A stretch of DNA of 47,365 bases from Pseudomonas sp. (GTDB taxonomy: Bacteria > Pseudomonadota > Gammaproteobacteria > Pseudomonadales > Pseudomonadaceae), in the NCBI GenBank assembly GCA_017886405.1, contig JAGGNC010000149.1, positions 1 to 47,365 on the forward strand, read 5' to 3'. A model generated the notes under the pieces. It was not told where the DNA came from, searched no databases, and saw nothing but the letters and a program-made list of their open reading frames with translations. The position numbers and the translations under genes were made by a program. Of the stretch, positions 41,758 through 47,365 are shown one piece after another (within the stretch, counting starts at the first letter, position 1; every line of letters starts with the position of its first letter).

Positions 41758-41845
41758 TAGGGGCGTGGCTTTGCGGGGCATAAAGGCACCATCGTAGGGG
41801 CATGGGACATGACCGAACCGGGAATGCCGCCAAAGATGCCCCAAA
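41758..41845. mobile_element. Probable integrative-element att remnant (integrase arm-type repeats) next to the tRNA-Phe 3' end
   Basis: GGGGCAT twice (41775, 41797) and inverted ATGCCGCC/ATGCCCC (41824, 41836); no integrase gene present. Confidence 0.4.
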
Positions 41846-41886
41846 ACTTTGGGCTTGCAAGGGTAGGGTGCGGAATTGCAGGCAAT

Positions 41887-41913
41887 AAAAAACCCGCACT
41901 AGGCGGGTTCTTT
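41887..41913 (-). terminator. Terminator downstream of tRNA-Phe
   Basis: Minus strand AACCCGC-CTAGT-GCGGGTTTTTT. Confidence 0.75.
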
Positions 41914-41955
41914 AGGGGCTTTCGGGTGGTTTTGGCACTACCTGAAAACTTTATA

Positions 41956-42031
41956 TGGTGCCCGGGGACGGAATCGAACCGCCGACACGGGGATTTTCAA
42001 TCCCCTGCTCTACCGACTGAGCTACCCGGGC
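41956..42031 (-). tRNA. tRNA-Phe(GAA)
   Basis: GCCCGGGTAGCTCAGTCGGTAGAGCAGGGGATTGAAAATCCCCGTGTCGGCGGTTCGATTCCGTCCCCGGGCACCA, 76 nt. Confidence 0.98.
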
Positions 42032-42035
42032 TAAC

Positions 42036-42072
42036 GGGGCGCTATTAGACGGATTTGGGGGGTAGGTGTCAA
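42036..42072 (-). promoter_or_regulatory. Sigma70 promoter of tRNA-Phe
   Basis: TTGACA-N17-TCTAAT, GCGCCCC discriminator, AT-rich upstream tract. Confidence 0.75.
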
Positions 42073-42144
42073 GCGAGGTTTCGAAAATATTTAATTAATA
42101 CGGGCGGTTAGGCTCGAGCGAGGGTTCAGCGGCGCATTGCAATG

Positions 42145-42267
42145 TGGTGGATGGATAAGGCGCCATCCACTTTAGCCGCGATGGGTGTGGTAGTCGTGTA
42201 GGGTGGATAACGCTTTGTTTATCCACCATCGCGGTCTGGTGGATGGATGAGGCGTCATCCACCCTAC
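42145..42267. repeat. Cluster of three GTAGGGTGGAT-type REP hairpins (REPIN/BIME-like)
   Basis: GGTGGATGGATAAGGCGCCATCCAC; GTAGGGTGGATAACGC...TTATCCACC (42198-42227); GGTGGATGGATGAGGCGTCATCCACCCTAC. Confidence 0.8.
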
Positions 42268-42298
42268 GGCCTCAAGCGCCTCCCAGGGTTTGGTAGGG

Positions 42299-42571
42299 TT
42301 ATTCGCTGGGTGGCACGTAGCCTTCGGCTTGGGCGTATTCCTCGCCAGAGAGGAACTTGTCCATCTCGACCTGCAGGAACTTGCGATCTTCGGCGTTCAT
42401 CATGTTCAGGCGGCGTTCGTTGATCAGCAGGGTCTGGTGCTTCTGCCATTCGTCCCAGGCTTGCTTGGAGACGTTGGTGAAGATTTCCTCACCTTTGGCG
42501 CCCGGATACGGCGGGCGCTCCAGGCCGGGGAGTTCCTGTTTGTGTTTGCGGCACTGTACGGTGCGGGTCAT
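42299..42571 (-). CDS. yggX: Fe(II)-trafficking / oxidative damage protection protein
   Basis: MTRTVQCRK...PYPG...[21 protein letters not shown]. Confidence 0.96.
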   Translation of the reverse strand: MTRTVQCRKHKQELPGLERPPYPGAKGEEIFTNVSKQAWDEWQKHQTLLINERRLNMMNAEDRKFLQVEMDKFLSGEEYAQAEGYVPPSE

Positions 42572-43647
42572 GGCGTTTCTCCAGTGTTCGGTGCTGTGGC
42601 AAGAGCTTCGGCCGCGCGTTTCAGCAGTTTTTTCACAGGGGCGGCTAGGCCTAAGCGCGGCGGGGTGGCGAGGTTATACCAGAGCCAGTCTGCCTCGGCC
42701 ACGGCGGCTGGCGCGGCATCGACCTGGACCAACCAGGGTTCGATGGCCAGCTGAAAGTGGCTGAAGGTGTGGCTTAGACCGCTGAGTTCGTGCTGCGTGC
42801 CCAGCTGAAGGCTGTGGCGGCTGGCCAGGGTGGTGATGGCCGTTGCTTCGTCCAGCTCAGGCAGACTCCAGAGGCCGCCCCATAGACCGCTGGACGGGCG
42901 GCGATAGAGCAGCACCTCGCCATTGCGGTTGGCGAAGATCAGCATCAGCGTGCGTTTCTGCGGCAGTTTTTTCCGCGGCTTGGCAATTGGGTAGCGGATT
43001 TCCAGGCCTAGAAGGTGCGCCTGGCAGCCGCTTTTAAGCGGGCAGAGCAGGCAGCTGGGTTTGCTGCGGGTACACAGGGTGGCGCCGAGGTCCATCATGG
43101 CCTGGGTGTATTTATTCACCCGTGCTTGCGGGGTGAAGCATTCGGCCACCTCCCACAATTTTTTTGCCACCTTCGGCTCGCCCGGATAGCCCTCCTGAGC
43201 GACATAGCGGGCCAGCACACGTTTGACGTTGCCGTCGAGGATGGGCGCGCGCAGGCCCATGCTCAGGCTGGCGATGGCGCCGGCAGTGGAGCGGCCAATG
43301 CCGGGCAGTTCAGTGAGCTGGTCGACATCACGGGGGAATTCGCCGGCGTGTTTGGCCATGACGATTTGCGCGGTCTTCTGCAGGTTGCGCGCGCGCGCGT
43401 AGTAACCAAGGCCCGTCCACAGGTGCAGCACTTCATCTTCCGGCGCTTCGGCTAGGTCATTCACTGTTGGCAATGCGGCCATAAAGCGGTCGAAGTAGCC
43501 GAGCACGGTGCTGACCTGGGTTTGCTGCAGCATGATCTCCGAGACCCACACCCGATAAGGGGTGATGCCCTGTTGCCAGGGCAAGTCCTTGCGGCCGTGT
43601 TGGTCATACCAATCGAGTACAGAGGTGGAAAACTGCGCGGGGCTCAT
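42568..43647 (-). CDS. mutY: A/G-specific adenine glycosylase
   Basis: [31 protein letters not shown], Fe-S motif [17 protein letters not shown]. Confidence 0.97.
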   Translation of the reverse strand: MSPAQFSTSVLDWYDQHGRKDLPWQQGITPYRVWVSEIMLQQTQVSTVLGYFDRFMAALPTVNDLAEAPEDEVLHLWTGLGYYARARNLQKTAQIVMAKHAGEFPRDVDQLTELPGIGRSTAGAIASLSMGLRAPILDGNVKRVLARYVAQEGYPGEPKVAKKLWEVAECFTPQARVNKYTQAMMDLGATLCTRSKPSCLLCPLKSGCQAHLLGLEIRYPIAKPRKKLPQKRTLMLIFANRNGEVLLYRRPSSGLWGGLWSLPELDEATAITTLASRHSLQLGTQHELSGLSHTFSHFQLAIEPWLVQVDAAPAAVAEADWLWYNLATPPRLGLAAPVKKLLKRAAEALATAPNTGETP

Positions 43648-45866
43648 CGGTTGAACAGGCCCTTGAGCGCGTCTTTCAACTCGGGGCTGACCTTGTCACC
43701 GAGCTTCTCATCAATTTTCTCGCTGAGTTTGTTGCCGGCCAGTTTGGTCGCGACCTTACCCAGGCCGTCCTGATCCAGGCGGCAGGCCTTGCCGCCCATC
43801 TCCAGGGGGCCACGGCAGCGTACTGGCCATTCGATGCCGACATAGCGCTCGTTGACCTGGCATGCAGGGTCTGGCATCTCGCGTTGATCGCCGATGATGC
43901 TGATGCCGACACGGTAATCGAGGCTAAGGATGCGCAGGTCGACGTCGCCATTGCCGCTGACCGCCAGGCCGGGAATACGTGCCTTGAGGTCGGGGTTGTT
44001 GGCCACACCGTTTCGCAGAAGCAGGCTGCCTTGCAGGGTTTCAAAGGGCGTGTCTTTGCCGCGTGGGTCACTGCTCAGGGCTTTGCGGTTGAGGGTGGCG
44101 ATGCCGCGGCACAACTGCTGCTCCAGGTTAGCGTCGACCAATACGCCGTCATTGAGCAGGAAGTTGGCGTCGCCATTCAGGCCGTCGATCCAGGCGCGCT
44201 GGCTGTTACCGCTGGTGCTCAGGTTAGCGTTGAGGTCGAGCAAACCTTTGATTGGCGAAGGCTGATCAGGTTTTTTCAGGAAGGGTTCGATCTGAATGCC
44301 ACGCAGGTTTTTCTGCACACTGAGCAGTGGCACGGCTGGGCGCACATCGATGCTGGCTTTGGCGTCGAAGCTGCCGTTGCCGATAGTGCCGCGCACATCC
44401 TGCAGGGTCAGCAGGCCGCCTTTGCCCTGCGCCTTGGCGCTGAAGTTGCTGATCACCTGTTGCTGGGCGGTGAGCTGGTCAAGGGTGAGGGTGAGCTGCA
44501 TATCCAGCTTGCGCAGCGTCGCGATCGGCAGCATTTCGCTGCTGCTCCAGGCTTGCTGGGTCGGCGCATCGGGCAAGGGTGTGCTGCCGCTCTGTCCGGC
44601 GCTGGCGACGCTGGCCTTGACCTCGGCTTGGCGGGCGGCACTGGCATCCTTGGCGTCCTTGGTCGGTGCGGGCAGGTAACGGTCAAGGTTCAGCTGGTCG
44701 CCCTTGAGTTGCACGCGCAGGGCTTGCTTGGCGAAGTCGGCAATCGCCAGTTGGCCGGTGAAGGTACTGTCGTCCAGCTTCAGTGTGAGCTCTTCAAACG
44801 TCAGGCTGGTGTCGCTGCCGCTGAGGCGAGTGACCAGTTCGAATTGGCTGAGGGTCTTTTCATCGTTCATCGCCGGCAGTGTCTGGCCGATGGTGGTGAG
44901 GAATTCGCGCAGGTTAAGCGGGGCAATAGACAGGCCGCCGCTGAGTTTTGGCTGCTTGTCGAGGTCGCGAATTTTTAGCTCGCCGAGGGCGCGCAGCTGA
45001 TTGGCAGAGAGTTTCAGGCCGTTCCATTCGGCGACCTGGGCCGCCAGGTCGACCAGCAGTTGGCCTTGCACGGAGTAGGTCAGGGTCTGGCCAGCGAACG
45101 GTTCGCCGGAGACTTCGCCGGAGAACTTGGCATCTTCCAGTTGATAGCGCTTGAGCGCGCGGTCGAAGCGCAGCTCGCCCTGCAGCTCGCTGCGTGCGCG
45201 CAGTACCGGCTTATTCAGGCCGAAGAAGGCGCTGAGTTTGATCGGGATGCCAGCGCCCTCGCGGATCGCCCCGGTGGTTAGCTGGATGCTTTCGGCGCTG
45301 AATTGCTGGCCTTTCTGCGTGTCGTGGTAATCAATGCGCGCACCGTTGACGATCAGGCTATCGATGTCCAGTTTTAGCGCTTGGCTGCTCTCGCCTGGCT
45401 CGGTTGCTGGGCTGTCAGCCGGGGCGCTATTGTCGGTTGGAGTATTAGCGGTCGCGGCGTTGGTCGGTTTGCCGACATCTTCCCAGTTGCTGTGGCCTTT
45501 TTCGTCGCGCTGCAGGTTGAGGTTGAGGCCGTCGATGCGGATGTCGCTCATCTGCACTTCTTTGCGCAGTAGCGGCAGCACGCGCACTGACAGACCAAGC
45601 AGGCGCAGGTCGGCAAAAGGTTGATCCGGTGTGCTGAGGCTGGCCAGGCTGGCGTCGGTCAATTCGAGGCCGAGCCAGGGGAACAGGCTCCAGCCGATAT
45701 CGCCCTTGAGGGTCAGCTCCACATTAGCTTTATCACGCGCCAACTGGCGGATTTCATCTTTATAGTCGTTGGGATCGAACAGGTGGGTGAGGGCAAAGCC
45801 CAGCGCCACGATGATCAGCAATAGCCCGAGGAAAAACAGGCCGAGGATTTTGCCGAGCGCTTTCAT
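43644..45866 (-). CDS. asmA: AsmA-family outer-membrane assembly / lipid transport protein
   Basis: N-terminal TM plus [16 protein letters not shown]; conserved asmA-mutY-yggX order. Confidence 0.9.
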   Translation of the reverse strand: MKALGKILGLFFLGLLLIIVALGFALTHLFDPNDYKDEIRQLARDKANVELTLKGDIGWSLFPWLGLELTDASLASLSTPDQPFADLRLLGLSVRVLPLLRKEVQMSDIRIDGLNLNLQRDEKGHSNWEDVGKPTNAATANTPTDNSAPADSPATEPGESSQALKLDIDSLIVNGARIDYHDTQKGQQFSAESIQLTTGAIREGAGIPIKLSAFFGLNKPVLRARSELQGELRFDRALKRYQLEDAKFSGEVSGEPFAGQTLTYSVQGQLLVDLAAQVAEWNGLKLSANQLRALGELKIRDLDKQPKLSGGLSIAPLNLREFLTTIGQTLPAMNDEKTLSQFELVTRLSGSDTSLTFEELTLKLDDSTFTGQLAIADFAKQALRVQLKGDQLNLDRYLPAPTKDAKDASAARQAEVKASVASAGQSGSTPLPDAPTQQAWSSSEMLPIATLRKLDMQLTLTLDQLTAQQQVISNFSAKAQGKGGLLTLQDVRGTIGNGSFDAKASIDVRPAVPLLSVQKNLRGIQIEPFLKKPDQPSPIKGLLDLNANLSTSGNSQRAWIDGLNGDANFLLNDGVLVDANLEQQLCRGIATLNRKALSSDPRGKDTPFETLQGSLLLRNGVANNPDLKARIPGLAVSGNGDVDLRILSLDYRVGISIIGDQREMPDPACQVNERYVGIEWPVRCRGPLEMGGKACRLDQDGLGKVATKLAGNKLSEKIDEKLGDKVSPELKDALKGLFNR

Positions 45867-46159
45867 GTGCGAATCCTTGTTTCTAGACTGAAGAATGTAT
45901 AACAGCGACTGTAGCTGGCGAGTATAGCGCCAGCGCTTTATCTGGGCCGCTGACAGTCCCGTTTGCGTGGCGATTTTGCAAGCGCCTTTTTCAATCGTAG
46001 GCGCATGAGAGGCTTGGCGCCGGGCTGGCGCGTGGATTGCGTGGTGCGGGCAGCCAGGCTGCTATGGCGTTTTTGCTGCTGCTGATTGGCGGGTTTGGCT
46101 GCGGCTCGCTGGCTGTGCAGGGGTTAGGCTGTAGTACAGAACAATCAGGCCAGGTGCCT

Positions 46160-47365
46160 ATGAACGTCGCGATCATGGCTTTTCCGCTGTATATCCTGCT
46201 GATGCTGCTGGAGCTGGCCTACGAGCGCTACTCCGGCCGGCATACCTATCGCCTGGCGGATGCCAGCACCAGTATCAATACAGCGGTGCTGCGGGTGCTG
46301 CTGGAAGGGCCGCTGCGCCTGCTGCTGATTCTGCCCTACGCCTGGCTGTATGAGCATGCGCGGCTGTTCGACTGGAGCAGCCAATCGCCCTGGCTGTGGT
46401 TGGGCGGTTTTATTGCGGTGGATTTCTGCTTCTATTGGGCGCATCGCAGTCTGCATCGTTACAACCTGCTGTGGGGCGCGCATCAGCCGCACCACTCCAG
46501 CGAGGACTTCAACCTGTCCACCGCGTTGCGCAAAGGTGCATTTCAGACTGCTTTCGATTGGCCGTTTTACCTGCCCCTGGCGTTGCTCGGGGTACCGTTA
46601 CCGGTGTTTCTCGTGCTGCTCGGCGTGCAGCTGGCGTATCAATTCTGGATTCATAGCCAGCATGTGGGCCGCCTTGGCTGGCTGGAGCAGGTGCTGATAA
46701 CCCCCAGTCACCACCGCGTGCATCACGGGCAGAACGACTGCTATATCGACAAGAACCACGGTGGCGTTTTCATCGTCTGGGACAAGCTCTTCGGCACCTA
46801 TGCCGAAGAGCGCGAGCCGGTGCGCTACGGGGTGACCACGCCGGTCAGTAGCTTTGACCCGATCCGCCTGCAGTTTTCCTGGTGGCGCTTGCTTTGGGCC
46901 GATGCCCTGGCGACCCATTCTTGGTGGGACAAGCTTCGCCTGTGGTGGATGCCTACCGGCTGGCGGCCGGCGGATGTGCAGAACCAACCCTGGCCGAAGA
47001 TGGGCGCAGAGAAGTTTGCACGTGACTACCCGACCGCGCTCAAGGCCTATGCCTTTGCTCAGTTCCTGGCGATCAACGTCTTGGCCCTGGTGTTTCTTAT
47101 TGGGATACGCGAGGTGGGCGCCTGGCAGCCCTGGTTGCTGGTGCTGGTGATTCTCAGTGGCTGCATAAGCCTGGGACTGTTGTTCGAAGGGCGACTGGGG
47201 TTGTGGCGGGTGGAGTTTGCGCGCCAGGGCACTCTGGTGCTGTTGGCGCTATTTGCCAGCCTGTGGCTGGCGCCGGCCCAGGCGTTGGTGGCGCAGCTTT
47301 TGGCGATCTTTAGCCTGTCCAGCCTGCTTTGGTTGAGCTGGTTGGCCAGGGAGGCGCGGATCTGC
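46160..47365 (+). CDS. Sterol desaturase / fatty acid hydroxylase family protein, alkylglycerol monooxygenase-like (3' end off window)
   Basis: Manual translation from ATG 46160: MNVAIMAFPLY...YWAHRSLH...HQPHHSSEDFNLSTALR...FWIH...PSHHRVHHG...WDKLFGTY (eight-His di-iron motifs). No stop seen in the window, so it is absent from the ORF track. Confidence 0.9.
   Translation, partial: MNVAIMAFPLYILLMLLELAYERYSGRHTYRLADASTSINTAVLRVLLEGPLRLLLILPYAWLYEHARLFDWSSQSPWLWLGGFIAVDFCFYWAHRSLHRYNLLWGAHQPHHSSEDFNLSTALRKGAFQTAFDWPFYLPLALLGVPLPVFLVLLGVQLAYQFWIHSQHVGRLGWLEQVLITPSHHRVHHGQNDCYIDKNHGGVFIVWDKLFGTYAEEREPVRYGVTTPVSSFDPIRLQFSWWRLLWADALATHSWWDKLRLWWMPTGWRPADVQNQPWPKMGAEKFARDYPTALKAYAFAQFLAINVLALVFLIGIREVGAWQPWLLVLVILSGCISLGLLFEGRLGLWRVEFARQGTLVLLALFASLWLAPAQALVAQLLAIFSLSSLLWLSWLAREARIC

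Noticed and set aside
42198-42227. TTATCCACC / GGTGGATAA as DnaA boxes
   Set aside because: They are the arms of a REP hairpin and each has a mismatch to the consensus.
42145-42267. Repeat cluster as a mini CRISPR array
   Set aside because: The repeats are inverted and unequal, with no regular spacers and no cas genes. This fits REP/REPIN.

Overview
GC-rich chromosomal segment of a Pseudomonas-type gammaproteobacterium. Most of it is core genome, with gene order resembling the P. aeruginosa gshA-tex-amgRS-rimK-hslO-pckA region and the rml-tRNA-Thr / tRNA-Phe-yggX-mutY-asmA region. In order it holds: partial gshA, tex, the ompR/envZ-type AmgRS system, a MASE1-PAS-GGDEF-EAL c-di-GMP enzyme, rimBK, hslR, a decayed lpxT-like PAP2 pseudogene, hslO, pckA, a RecQ-family helicase, a yeast-type cytosine deaminase, an MCE/Mla-type ABC operon, a cupin, an RlmI-like methyltransferase, an AlmA/EthA-like flavin monooxygenase, a 56-aa ORF with a structured GGA-rich leader, an Fe-alcohol dehydrogenase, a thioesterase, a glycine-zipper protein, a lysR-fdhD-ydeP module, rmlBACD, tRNA-Thr(TGT), a methyltransferase, a polar amino acid ABC operon, tRNA-Phe(GAA), yggX-mutY-asmA and a partial AGMO-like hydroxylase. 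I see no intact mobile element, CRISPR array or defence island, and I cannot claim a clearly new system. The best leads are a DnaA-box cluster beside tRNA-Thr, a Cys-less LOV-like sensor in the c-di-GMP enzyme next to a rimA-less rimBK, the small ORF with an Rsm-type leader, the AGMO-like enzyme, and several decay or island scars. All family assignments come from motif recognition, not database searches.
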